Below the pieces are notes generated by a model. That model was not told the DNA's origin. It ran no database searches and saw only the letters and a list, made by a program, of their open reading frames with translations. DNA of 64,000 bases from Macrostomum lignano (Eukaryota): positions 496,001 through 560,000 of the forward strand of contig NIVC01000061.1 of assembly GCA_002269645.1 (NCBI GenBank). The letters are read 5' to 3'. Numbering within the stretch: the first letter of the stretch is position 1; each line of letters opens with the position of its first letter. Of the stretch, positions 38,494 to 51,900 are shown one piece after another. The translations under genes were made by a program, and so were the position numbers.

Positions 38494-38660
38494 CTGGCCA
38501 ATCAGAGAGCGTGCAAGTGACTGGCCAATCAGAGAGCGTACAAGTGACTGGCCAATCAGAGAGCGTGCAAGTGACTGGCCAATCAGAGAGCGTACAAGTG
38601 ACTGGCCAATCAGAGAGCGTGCAAGTGACTGGCCAATCAGAGAGCGTGCAAGTGACTGGC
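38468..38660 (+). repeat. 27-bp tandem repeat containing GGCCAATCAG (CCAAT box), 7 units
   Basis: CCAAT at 38471, 38498, 38525, 38552, 38579, 38606 and 38633. The first unit encodes the RBM39 C-terminus and stop. Confidence 0.95.
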
Positions 38661-39166
38661 GCTTCTGATTCTAATTATAGCCTCTGTGCACTTGTTCTGT
38701 GTATCGTTTTATAATATTGTAACTGGCTTTATCAATATTGTTTATATTTACCTAAAGAATAAAAATTCATCTAATAATTAAGTTTATTGTAATGGCTGCT
38801 AATACCGTATTGATATTGTCGTTATCATTTTAATAAATTTACTATTGGTAGAAAAATTAAATTTTGTCTTCACTTTCGTCACGCTGTGGGTTTGATAATT
38901 TCTAATTTGTCCGAGTCATTAATTTTAAATTAATTTTTTTGCCTGTTGTAACAAATTTGTGTTCCTAAGCGTTAAATTTCTGACACTAAATCTTAATAAC
39001 TAAACACTGATGCACTGCCCTTGGAGACATTGTGCTCTCCTGTGTGCAGTCAAGCGCGCTGCTTTGTCCGCTTGGTTCGTGCGAATTCCAGCTACTGCCG
39101 TTTTCGATAAGCAATTTTATTTGGCATTGGGCCATGGCTGTCTTTGTTCTCTATTTTTTTACTCAT

Positions 39167-39600
39167 CCCAGTTGCTGGGCCAGCCTCCCAGATCCTCAGT
39201 TGCTGGGCCAGCCTCCCAGATCCTCAGTTGCTGGGCCAGCCTCCCAGATCCTCAGTTGCTGGGCCAGCCTCCCAGATCCTCAGTTGCTGGGCCAGCCTCC
39301 CTGATCCTCAGTTGCTGGGCCAGCCTCCCAGATCCTCAGTTGCTGGGCCAGCCTCCCAGATCCTCAGTTGCTGGGCCAGCCTCCCTGATCCTCAGTTGCT
39401 GGGCCAGCCTCCCTGATCCTCAGTTGCTGGGCCAGCCTCCCTGATCCTCAGTTGCTGGGCCAGCCTCCCTGATCCTCAGTTGCTGGGCCAGCCTCCCTGA
39501 TCCTCAGTTGGTGGGGCAGCCTCCCAGATCCTCAGTTGCTGGGCCAGCCTCCCAGATCCCCAGTTGCTGGGCCAGCCTCCCAGATCCTCAGTTGCTGGGC
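39167..39600. repeat. 29-bp minisatellite (cagttgctgggccagcctcccagatcct)
   Basis: Tandem units between RBM39 and MoaC. Confidence 0.95.
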
Positions 39601-39862
39601 CAATTACGAGCTATAATCTCCCATCTAAAGGATATCTAAGAGATTCCTGGCTCTCCTGACTAGCCCCCAATCCAGAAGATTTCTACTCGTAGGAGTCCCC
39701 GGCTTCTAATCGCCCCCAGTCCAGGAGAGCTTAGTGTCACTGGCTTTTCCAACCTGCCTCCCGTCCAAGAGAGTCTAGGAATCCCTGGCTTTCCTAAATC
39801 ACATCTAGGCAAGGATCAGTCTTTTGCTTTTGCTCAGCTGCTCTGCTTTAAACGATCGCAGA

Positions 39863-41152
39863 ATGTTCGGACGCATTGCGCAAGCCCGACGCCTGCTGCT
39901 GACCGCATCTGCGGCTCGCAGCTGCCAGTCTGGCGGCGTCGGCGGCAGCGACTCGCTCAGCCACATTGACGCCGCCACCGCCAGGCCCCGCATGGTGAAC
40001 GTCGGCGACAAGTCCTCGAGTCGCCGTGTCGCCGAAGCTGCCTGCCACCTGACCGTGTCGGCTGGGCTGCACCGACTGCTGCTGGACTCTGGCGGCCAGC
40101 TGGCCAAGGGTTCAGTGCTGCTCACAGCGGAGCTGGCAGGCGTGATGGCCGCCAAGAGGACCTCTGAGCTCATCCCGCTGTGCCACCAGCTGCCGCTCAA
40201 TAGCGCTCAGGTTGGTGCCACCTGTGTGCGCATGCAGCTGCTGAGGAGGCGCTTAAAAGTGCAAAGAAAGACAATGAATGTCAGTGCTTCTCTGAGCACC
40301 GAGGATCTGAGATGGAATTAGCGGGTGGCTCAGCAGCTAAGCTGACATTATACAGTCGCTTAAGTTAAGAGTAGTCACAAGGCCGGACCATCTCTGAGCT
40401 GCGCTATCCTGGCCCTGGCATATTCTACTCACTCAAGCTGACAATACGAGTATCCAATTGGAACAACACTTCTGCAGGCTTTGATCACGGACTGAAACGA
40501 CAATTAAGTAGTCCGTGGCTTTAATGTACACATGCTAAAATTCTCTGACACAGTCCTGGCCTCTGACACTCCTTCAAGCGGCTCGTACAGCCTATGGGCT
40601 AGCTGACACAACTACATGTACATGTACAGCCTCTGACATACCCAGACGGCCGTGAGACAGGCACTGACACTCAGCCTGTGACACTCATAGCAGTTTCTGA
40701 CACACTGCTGGTCTCCAAGACGCTCCTACACTAATTTCACGCCATACTTGACCTCTTAGTAACATGGATGCCATTAGGCTGTTAAAATTGCGGAATTTAA
40801 ACAAACTGAAAAAAAGAAATTCTACGTTCATATTGTACACTGTATAGTATCAGATAAATTCATAATCAAAGCCGCGGGCAGTACACATGTAAGCAGCTGC
40901 GAGACATTCCCCCGCCATCCCTGACAGACCAGCGTCACCGTGCACAACGCCGAGCCCCGTGTGGACGTCACCTGCCGGGTCGAGTGCGACGGTCGAACCG
41001 GCGTGGAGATGGAGGCCCTGACTGGCTGCGCCGTGGCCGCCCTCACCGTCTACGATATGTGCAAAGCGGCGGACAAAAGCATTGTGGTGCGCGACCTGCG
41101 CCTGCTGGCCAAGACTGGGGGAAAGTCTGGCGACTACCGGAGAGAGGAATGA
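39863..41152 (+). CDS. MOCS1B: Stand-alone cyclic pyranopterin monophosphate synthase (MoaC/MOCS1B), about 190 aa, 2 exons
   Basis: Exons 39863-40210 and 40928-41152. Motifs [57 protein letters not shown] and KTGGKSG. Arg/Ala/Leu-rich N-terminus resembling a mitochondrial presequence. Confidence 0.93.
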
Positions 41153-41229
41153 AGGTGGACAGCTGGGTACTCGAGGGTAGACTAAATTCAAAAGGCAAAG
41201 GGGAGAAGAGAAGACTTTCAGAAAGGGGG

Positions 41230-41640
41230 TAGACAATGGGGAGAGGAGGGTAAACAATGGGGAGAGGAGGGTAAACAATGGGGAGAGGAGGGTAGACAAT
41301 GGAGAGAGGAGGGTAAACAATGGGGAGAGGAGGGTAGACAATAGAGAGGGGGACTATGGGGAGAGGAGGGTCGACAATGGGGAGGGGGACTATGGGGAGA
41401 GGAGGGTAAACAATGGGGAGAGGAGGGTAGACAATGGGGAGAGGAGGGTAAACAATGGGGAGAGGAGGGTAGACAATGGAGAGGGGGACTATGGGGAGAG
41501 GAGGGTCAACAATGGGGAGAGGAGGGTAGACAATGGGGAGAGGAGGGTAAACAAAGGGTAGAGGAGGGTAGATAATGGAAGAAGAGGCCAGACAATGGGG
41601 AGAGGAGGGCAGACAATGGGGGGAGAAGGAGAGACAATGG
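41230..41640. repeat. ~21-bp purine-rich minisatellite (acaatggggagaggagggtaa)
   Basis: Starts shortly after the MoaC stop. Confidence 0.92.
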
Positions 41641-42761
41641 GGCAGAAACGATAATAAGCGGGCAGCACCATTTGGTGCCATTTTACAGTAAATTTGTCGC
41701 TTCTTTAAATGAAAGAATAAACTTGTCTTAGTTTTACACTTGTAGCTAGTATTCACAAACAAGCAAACACCGCCCTTCATTGTTTTGTTTATTTGTTTAC
41801 TTTCTGCGGCCAGTATGGGAGCATGACGAGACAAAGAAGTTTTGACAGGTGCGAGTTCTAATTCGCACATGGTAACGCTTATGTACAACACGCAATTTCG
41901 AGAAGCTATTAAGAATTAACACAGCAAAAGCTAATATTAATAAATAACAATTAACATAACTGGGTTTACAGGTAAATCTGTGTACAGGTCACACGGTTTA
42001 TTGACCAACGATTACTGTACCAATATATATGTTAAGCGTCTGTATCACGTACACATAGCTGTACATACATACTACTTATATACGACTTACTGCACGTTGC
42101 TTTTCATTTTACGTTTTGTTTAATAGCCGGCATAAAAAAGCAAGTTAAAAAGAGAATGAGATTTGGGACTTGCATAACAATAAAATATTGGCATTCCCGA
42201 ATACACTACTTACAAGCGGCTTTTTAAGTAGTGCAGCTAGCAGCTGGAATTCAGATACAAAGATTATTGGGCGCAAAATTCTCGTTGAGGTTTAAAAGAA
42301 TAGCGAATAATTGGATGGCAGTTAAAAAAGCCCCACTAATTAGCATGTAATTAGACATACAGATGACAACAACTGATAATTATTAACTCGCATTCGCATA
42401 TTGAAGCAATATTTTATATTTTGAACAAAACTTTAAAACAATGCACACTTCAATTCGTATGTTAAAAGCAACAACAGTTTGGACACACGCACAGTCTGAC
42501 TAGAGATGAGACGCTCGAAGATGGTAGAGTAGAGAATAGATAGTGAGAGAGTAGAGAAGAGAGATGGTGAGAGAGTAGAGAATAGAGATAGGGAGAGTAG
42601 AGAAGAGATGCAGAGAATGGAGATAGTGGTAGGGAGAAGGCAGACGGCAGGGAGCAGTTAAAATAGACAATGGGACAACACCGTGCCACATGGAGTCAGT
42701 ATTCTGATGGACAGACAAGCGAAGATCGGACATCACCGCTCAGAAAGAACACAAAAGTTGT

Positions 42762-45506
42762 TTACGATGTGGCCGACGGCAGCTGCTGCTGCTGATTCGA
42801 GGCCGAGGCTGACGGAGCGGAGAGAACCACGACGCCTTCGACTTTAAGAGGCGCGGCGGCCATCGCCACTGGCCGATTCGGCTGGGCAGCGCCCGTAGTT
42901 CGACTGGCGGCTGAGCGGTTGGCCTGCTGCCTGGCTGCCTGCTGCTGTTGCTGCTGCTGCTGTTGCTGCTGCAGCTCCTGGGGAGAGAAGAATCTGCCTC
43001 CGGCGCCGCGCTGCCGGTTCATGGCGTGCTTGTGCCTGGACTCGTGCAGGTACTTCTGCCGTTCCTTGGGTATGCGGCCTTCAGCCTCCAGCTTCGCCCT
43101 GCGCGTTGCGGCCAATTGCAGTGATGGGGAACGAGGGAATGAAGGCTCTGCTGCTAAGTGACACTGACTACACAGTTAGCCTCTGAAACAGCCTGACACA
43201 GTCTGACACACTCCTACAGCCTCTGACACACTCCTACAGCCTCTGACACACTCCTACAGCCTCTGACACACTCCTACAGCCTGACACACTCCTACAGCCT
43301 CTGACAGGCTCCGACACACTCCTACTGCCTCTGACACACTCCTACAGGCTGACACACTCCTGCAGCCTCTGACACACTCCTAGAGCCTCTGAGAGGCTCT
43401 GACACACTCCTAAAGCCTCTGACACACTCCTAAAGCCTCGGACACACTCCTAAAGCCTCGGACACACTCCTGCAGCCTCTGACACACTCCTAAAGCCTCG
43501 GACACACTCCTAAAGCCTCGCACACACTCCTAAAGCCTCGGACACACTCCTAAAGCCTCGGACACACACACACTCCTAAAGCCTCGGACACACTCCTGCA
43601 GCCTCTGACACACTCCTAAAGCCTCGGACACACTCCTACAGCCTCTGACACACTCCTAAAGCCTCGGACACACTCCTAAAGCCTCGGACACACTCCTAAA
43701 GCCTCGGACACACTCCTAAAGCCTCTGAGAGGCTCTGACACACTCCTAAAGCCTCGGACACACTCCTAAATCCTCGGACACACTCCTGCAGCCTCTGACA
43801 CACTCCTAAAGCCTCGGACACACTCCTAAAGCCTCGCACACACTCCTAAAGCCTCGGACACACTCCTAAAGCCTCGCACACACTCCTAAAGCCTCGGACA
43901 CACTCCTAAAGCCTCGGACACACACACACTCCTAAAGCCTCGGACACACTCCTGCAGCCTCTGACACACTCCTAAAGCCTCGGACACACTCCTGCAGCCT
44001 CTGACACACTCCTAAAGCCTCGGACACACTCCTGCAGCCTCTGACACACTCCTAAAGCCTCGGACACACTCCTAAAGCCTCGGACACACTCCTAAAGCCT
44101 CGGACACACTCCTAAAGCCTCGCACACACTCCTAAAGCCTCGGACACACTCCTAAAGCCTCGGACACACACACACTTCTAAAGCCTCGGACACACTCCTA
44201 AAGCCTCGGACACACTCCTGCAGCCTCTGACACACTCCTAAAGCCTCGGACACACTCCTGCAGCCTCTGACACACTCCTAAAGCCTCGGACACACTCCTA
44301 AAGCCTCGGACACACTCCTGCAGCCTCTGACACACTCCTAAAGCCTCGGACACACTCCTAAAGCCTCGCACACACTCCTAAAGCCTCGGACACACTCCTA
44401 AAGCCTCGGACACACACACACACTTCTAAAGCCTCTGACACACTCCTAAAGCCTCGGACACACTCCTACAGCCTTTGACACACTTTGACAGTCTCTGACA
44501 GCCCCTGACACATTTGATTTGCCTTTGACAAGCCTTCGACACTGACAGGATTAAAGCACCCAGCACCTAAACTGGCTCTAACACGCCGAAAAAAGAATCT
44601 GAAACATCCCAAAAAGACTGGCGCAAAAGACGCTGACAGTTACAAATAAATCCCACATTAAAAAAATGAAATTTTCATAACAAACAGGAAAGGAATCTGA
44701 CAGACTTAACAGATATTATTCTAGCAGTTTTTCAGATACTCCTTGTTGCTAGGCTTATTTTTGTGGCATAGTGTGCATCATAACTCTCGTCACTTGCCAT
44801 GCAGAATTCAGACCCAATTGGAATCATAAATAACACCCAGATTCTGACACATCCAGTCAGCTCACCTGGCCGCCCGCCGCTTGAGGATCCTGTGGTACTG
44901 CTTGGCGTTGACGTACAGCGGCTCCTCCTCCCCTCCGGCGCCACCGGATCCGACAGCGACGCCGCTGTCTGCGTCGGCCGCAGAGGCGTCGCCGTCGACC
45001 ATGCCGAGCCCGGCTTCGTCGGCGGGTTCGGCGGCGGCTGCGGCCTCCGCTTGGCCGGTCACCACCATCGGCTTCATCTGCGGCGCCTCGCTGACGGCGG
45101 CTGATGCTGTTGTCGCCGAGGTGATGACCGGCGCGGGAGCCGCGGCGCCGACAGTCGGCATAGTCAGCTGCTGGCCGGCCGTGGCAGCGGCGGCCGTCTG
45201 CGGCAGCATCAGCACCATCTGGCCGTTGGGCCCGGCGGCGCACTGCACTGGCAGGTGCACAATCTGACCATCGGCAGTCTGGATGGCGAGCACCTGCTGG
45301 GCAGCCGGGGCCGGCGCGGCTGGGGCTGCATAGAAAACCGCCTGTTGCTGCGGCTGCTGCGCTGAGGCCACGCTGGTGGCGCCCATGGGCAGCTGGATGA
45401 TCTGGGCTACCTGCGGCGCGGCGGATGTGGCCAGCACAGTGCCAGCTGAGCTGACGGCTATGGAGGCTGAGAGCTGTTGCTGTTGCTGCTGCTGGTTGGT
45501 GACCAT
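42762..45506 (-). CDS. NFYA: Nuclear transcription factor Y subunit alpha, about 325 aa, 2 coding exons
   Basis: Exons 45506-44866 (Gln/Ala-rich region then [20 protein letters not shown]) and 43098-42762 ([37 protein letters not shown]) join in phase. Additional upstream exons are possible. Confidence 0.95.
43190..44500. repeat. 20-bp intronic minisatellite (ctcctaaagcctcggacaca)
   Basis: Fills most of the NF-YA intron. Confidence 0.95.
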
Positions 45507-48500
45507 TTTACTGGGCTGCTGGCAGGGATAGCATGCATTAATATTATATACATGGTTTCACTACCCAGGCCGAATATGTTAATAACAAATGGGATAATTA
45601 TCTATCAACTATTGTTTCAATGACTATTTACTCACAGACTCTGTAACTTACTATCAATGTTACCACTTCTGCCTTTTAAGCTTCTGCACTCACTCTGAGA
45701 AAACCTGCTGACTGCAGAGTAGCTATAAACATCTGTCTCCCTATAAGCAGCCATAGATTTACTAATGAGCTTATGCATATAAAAAGGTGCGGTTTCTTTG
45801 ATGGCTGCTCTGCAGCCACAGTGGGTTTCTCAAAAGTGGCAAGGTGCCATTTGTTTTGGCTGTAGATAGCTATGGCTGCGGGCGTTAGTGGATGGCTGCA
45901 GAGTAGCCAGTGGGTTTGAAGGTGTTAATTACCTTTTTAATTACCTTTACCAATTTAGTTTAATTCTAATATATATATATTAGAGCATACATATACTATC
46001 AATAAAAAATTATTATTATAACATTTAACATTGAGTTTAAACTTTTTTATTGTCTCCATTCTCTTAACTATAAAAATATAAGTCATTTTGTTTACTACAA
46101 AATAATAAGTACAAGCTTAAAAAAAGATAGGCGCCTAGTAATAAGATAATGAATCCACTTTTTAAAAATATTGAAAACTGACAACAAATATTATAAGTAT
46201 CAAATACGAGTATATCTATCTAAGAATTAGCGCTTAAATACCAATATTTTTAATAGCTAATCTGTCAAACATCTGTTAGACCCATAGCCTGGATCATGCT
46301 AGGTCTAGATACATGCCCAAACAAAAATTGAAGAATTACAAATGCATGCCAAAAAAATTTAGTGCATGCCCATTTTCAAAAATATGACAAAATTGTTGCA
46401 ACCATAAATGACCTTTTTTACATTGTGACAATAAATGATTTTTTTAAATGCATAATAAACTCTTATTATTAACAACTAATTTGGTTGATTTTTATGCTTT
46501 TTTGACAATTTTATCTATACCAAAAAATCAATCCATGCAAAGATTTGTTTAAATGCTTTTTACAAGCTTAAAAAATCTAGAAAGCTTAAAATTTATGCTT
46601 AAAAATTATTTTTTATATTTTTTACTTCACAATAGGGGCCCAGTCAATAACTCTTACATGTGATTCTATAAAGTGCACGCTAGGTGTGCATAAATACTAT
46701 TTTCTTAAGAATGATACATGCCAACTCTGCACATTTATTTTAGCATGCAAGGCCAATGCACGCCCAAATTTTTGGGCATATACTATATGATCCAGTGTGG
46801 CACTAGACTAACTAAATTATAGATAAATAGTAAAAACAATTATCTAAAAAAGAAACATAGTCATCAATTAAAATATATTGTTAGATGATTGAAATAAAAA
46901 TTCTTTTCTTATTGATTGGATTGGATATTTAATCACTTTAAATATTATATGAAATATAAAAATCATATTTTAATATTAACTTTTATATATTTTCTTGTTT
47001 TGCACTATCTAATGATAAAAAAAGCTCATGTACAAAAAGTCATTTGACTGCCAGTAGGCCTCTAGACAAAAAGCAGCAGATAATGGCACAGCCAGGGGGC
47101 TAGGAGGGCCTGGGCCTCCTGAAATTTAGGCAGAGTTTTCTTTTTCGCCAGAGACAAGGTGCAAAATCGCACCCTATGTAGGCTATGCTCACTTTCATGG
47201 TGCAATTTTAAGGCTCAAAGTGCAATTTCTCTTTTTTTCTTAATTTAAGGCAGTGCGAATGAGGCTTTAATAGAAAAATAGGTTATGAGACTGCACCTAA
47301 ACCGCACCTACATTTCAATTTCAAGGTGCAATTTTAAAATTTAAGGTGCATACGCATACTCTACACACAAAAAATAAACCCAGAATTTAGGGCCTAACCC
47401 TTTTTACCAAAATAAATCCCGGACAAAAAATTACCTATGCCCCTGAAATTCTGGAGAACCCCCCCCTATACCCACTCCTCTGGGTGCTGAATGCCCCCTG
47501 GGCTGAAATAAATTCCTGGCCACTGGCAGCAGATGAAATGACTACACACCAATACATTAGCCTAGGCCTAGTAGGAAATATTTACAATGCTACATCAGTA
47601 ATCAGTTCAGTTTAGCAATGATACTAATAAACTGAAGTCGAGGAGGCCGACTTAGTTAATTTATTGTATAGATAAATATATCCATCACTAGCATTATTTG
47701 TAAAACAGAACGAAGAAGGCAGGAAAAAAAGAAAGAGTAACTCTAGACTAGACTTAGAGACAAAACGCACGTGTTCAAGCTCATGCAATCACAACTTAGG
47801 GAGTCTAATCTTGTCAAGGCCAGCCAATTGCGTATGCCACCAATTGCGTCGACCACCAATTGCAGCTGCCACCAATAGTGGTCACCACCCAATTGCCTCG
47901 GTTCTGAAGTTTCTATGAAAAATATTTTGCTGTTGTTAGTTCTTTATTGGACAACACTATTTGACCAATCAAATCGATAAAAGTTATTTTAATTTTTTAA
48001 ATTAAAATAATAACTATAAGCATTTTAATATGGCAACTTCAAGGATATGTCTACAATGTGCTATTATTTTTAGGATTTTCGCAGCTGTCTTTATTATACT
48101 GTAGTTCCGATATTCTTATTTTGAATTAAGTGTATAACCCGTCATTCAACAGTCAGGTTTCGTGAAGAAAGAATTAAACTGTTACTTGCGTACGTTTTTC
48201 ATGGTATGTAAGGTTGACGGTGATTGTGTCATCACGTTTCATTTGCCACCTTTTCGTCTGATACTCTTGAACGTATCGAATGCTACATGGTACTCTGCAA
48301 ATGACTAGTTTTCGAACTATTCGGACGAAAGAAGTAATTTCTAGCAGCTCGTATTAATTATTATGCATGGAAAAGATCCTGCTCGTTAACATAAATCTAT
48401 AACTGAATCAGCTAAAGACTTTCTTTGACCTCCCACTCCTGACAGATGCTCACCCCAAGGTTGCGAAGAATGAGGCAAGGAGCTATACTTACATTTATGG

Positions 48501-48926
48501 CTAAGAGCTAGTAGCTGACTGCGAGAGACAAGCGGGGACAATTTGAAAAGCTAATTAATTATACTACAGTGGTCCTCGTTGAAAAGATGAAATCAGCGAA
48601 TTCGGAGATCAAGAAATTTGCTGCCCTCGAACTCAAGGACTACTCGAACTGCATGGCTCACCAAATCATATGCGGCTCACTCGAAATCGATTTTTAAAAT
48701 TCTTAAATCCATGTGCAACTGTGTCCTTTTTCTGTCAATCTCTAAGTCAACAGCTGATTAAAGAAACACTGCTGGGGTACTCATGGATTGCACACGGACT
48801 ACTAGTGGTCCTTGGGATTGCATTGACCGCAGGCCGACAGAAAATTAAAAGACTTTTACGGGCGTGTCTTGTGGTGCCCTGACGAGTCTCTACAACATCA
48901 GTCTTTGACGAGGCTTCCAAATGAGC

Positions 48927-51900
48927 TTGACTTACTTGACTTAGCTGCAGGGGGCGTCCGGCGGATGCAGCGGGGAGGCGGAGGAGACCGCCCATTCCGC
49001 TAGCCCCTGGCGACCAATGACTTCCGTTGAAGTGAAGTCGCTCAGGGGGACCCGTCGGTCTCGCCTGCAGCGCGATCCTCCTCACCGACAGTGGGGAAGA
49101 AATCGGCTCGTCCCGTGTCCCTGAGGTACCGGGCGAGCAGCGGGATGCTCTCGGGCCTGCAAACGTAGGAGAGAACCGGGTTTGGCCCGAGGTGAGTGAG
49201 CCTGGCCCTGGTGAAAACCGGGCAGTGGCAGATAAAATGCTCGGCGTTTTCACTGCCTGAGCGGCAGAAGGGGCACCGCTCCTCGGGTACCTGGCCCTGA
49301 AGGAAGCGGTGGCGAGAGAAGCAGCCATGCCCGGAGAGGGCCATGCTAACTGCTCTGAGGTCTCTGCGGTTGAGCCTGAGGAGGGCTCTACGCAGGAGAG
49401 GGGAGGGGCAGGGGACGGCCGCCCGGGATTGCCTACAATTCCGGGTGTCGTGCCACCTGCGGAGATGCTCGGAGTCAGCCCAGCGCTTAACGCGGGAGTT
49501 GATCACCGAGGCGGGGATGGGGGCCCCGGGCCCGGTCCCAGCAACGCGCCGGCGGAGCCAGCCTTGGCCAGCAGGTCGGCGCGCTCGTTGCCGAGGAAAC
49601 CGGCGTGGCCCGGGATCCATCTGAGCTCTACCTGGTTGCCTAGCGCAAGCCCGTTGAGCTGGGTGTTGCAGTCCAGGACGGACCTGGAGCTGGTGGTGCA
49701 GCGGCAGAGGGCCCGAAGGGCTGCTTGGCTGTCAGAGTGAAAAATAAGCTTCCGACCGCTAAGCTGCCTTCGGCGCAGTTCTGCCGCGCAGGAGCTGATG
49801 GCAAGCACCTCGCTCTGAAAAACACTGGAGTTGAGCCCAGTGTGCTGGGAGTAGCTCCACGCCACTTCTCCCTTGAAGAAGACGCACGCTCCGAAGCCTG
49901 AAAGACCATGCTTCATAGAGCCGTCAGTGTAACAGTGGACTTCAGAATCGCTCCAGCTGTCACTCGCCTCATGTCGAGGCTGAATAGTGACCTTATACCT
50001 TTGGCTCAGGAGAAGGGTGGCTGGGATCGAGTCCGAGAGGATGTTGAGCCCGCCACATTCTTCTAGAGCCTTGAGGCAGAGGTCAGAGTTCGGGATAAGC
50101 GACCGCTTCTTAAAGGCCCGCACTTTCTTGAAGGCCACCCCAGCATCCAGAAGACGCCGGGTGCTCTTCGCCGCCTCTCCTTTGATATAAATATCCAGAG
50201 GAGGGGTGCAGAGGAAGGCATTCATGCCTTCAAAAGGAGTAGAGGGTGGAGCGCCCATAGTCATGCGGCAGGCTCTGCCCTGGATTTTGTAGAGAGCGTC
50301 GAGGTTACTCTTGACGCCCAGACCGCTAGCCCACACGAGGCTGGCGTAACTGATCGAGGGGCGGATGATTGCAGTGTAAATCCACCACAGCTTCCTGGGG
50401 GTGAGCCCCCAGGTGGTGCCCACGGCGCGCCTGATCTGAGCCAGGACAGCCAGGGCTTTTTTGGCTTTAGTTTGAATGTGCGGAGTCCAGTTGAGCCTGT
50501 GGTCCAGAGTGAGGCCCAGGCAGCGGACCTGCTTCTCCATGGAAATGTTCTTTCCATAGAGGGTGAGGGGCTGGATGGTCCAGAGCAGTTTGTTGGTAAA
50601 CATGACCGCTGTGGTTTTCGACTCTGAGAGTCTAAGGCCACATTGGTTTGCCCAACGCTCCGCTCGTCCCAGAAAGCCCTGCAGAAGATCTCTGATGGTG
50701 TCAACCGAGGGGCCCGCGCAGATCGCGGTCACGTCATCGGCATAGCCCACCTTGAGAATGGGGTCGTGGAGATCACTGCAAAGCAGCTCATCCATGACCA
50801 TGTTCCAGAGAACGGGGGTGAGAACTCCGCCCTGGGGGCCCCCTTTTTGGACAGGCGCCGAAAGAGAGCTGCCGTTCAGGTGGGCCACAACAGTGCGGTT
50901 CCGGATCATGAACATGATCCATCGGACAAGGTGAGGGTGCGTGGCCCTGGATTCCAGGGCTCTGCAAAAGGCCTCGAAGATGACGTTGTCGAAGGCCCCC
51001 TCGATGTCCAGAAAAAGCGAGAGGGCAAAGCCGCTGCCAAGAACGGCCCTCTCCAGGAAGTCAACAATGACATGGAGGGCACTCTCGGTAGACCTGCCCG
51101 CGCGGAAGGCGTGCTGGTTCTGCGAGAGTGGGAAGCGCTTCAGCTCGACTGAAAGTAGGCGCCAGAGCACCAGTCTCTCGAGGAGCTTGAGGCAGAAAGA
51201 AGTGAGGCTGATAGGCCTGAAGGCCTTCACCGATTGGTAATCGCTCTTTCCAGGCTTGGGGATAAAGACCACCCGGGCCTCTCTCCATGCAACTGGTACA
51301 TAGCCCAGCTCCACACAAGCTCGGAGGAGACGACAGAGGAGGTCCAGAAAGCGGTGGTTTTTCGCCGCCTCGTGCAAGAACGCTGGGTAGATGCCGTCGG
51401 GCCCAGGCGCCTTGAACGGGTTAAAGGACCTTGCCGCTCTAATAATGCGGTCTTTGGTGATTATAGACTTTGCTAGGCCTTGCCCTCCCACTGTGTGGTC
51501 AGGCGGGCCCTGCTGAGTCGGAGATTTAGGGAAGAAACTGTTGAGCATTAGCTCCAGAGTCTCTTCAGAGTTCCCTGTGACCGAGCCGTCAGGTCTCTTT
51601 ACAACAGAGAGTTTAGAAAAACGGTCATTAGTGAGTGCCTTAACCACGCGGGCTACGGGGCGAGAGCCCTCAAGCCCTTCGCAGTATTGGCGCCACTTGG
51701 CCGTCTTGGCCCTTCTGACTTGGCCCTTAAACTCGTGGATCGCACGGGTATAGGCCTCTCTGTCAGATGGGTCTTTGGTTTTGAGCGCTCGCCTTTGGAG
51801 GGTCCTGGCTCGGCGCCGAAGGGCCCCGAGCTCTGGGTTCCACCAGGGAGCAGATTTTTTGCCTTTATAGGCTTTTAGAGGGCAGGCTGCTTCAAAGGCA

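Noticed and set aside
39863-41152. Bacterial contamination or recent HGT of moaC
   Set aside because: It has a spliceosomal intron, a eukaryotic presequence-like N-terminus and codon style like the neighbouring host genes.
41700-41890. LINE endonuclease-like peptide (KGGVCLFVN) on the minus strand
   Set aside because: It is a single short motif with no other APE motifs, which is too weak to call.
48875-48915. Hammerhead-like CTGACGA-GTC...GAC motif
   Set aside because: It is followed by GAGG rather than GAAA, and stems I and III cannot be formed.
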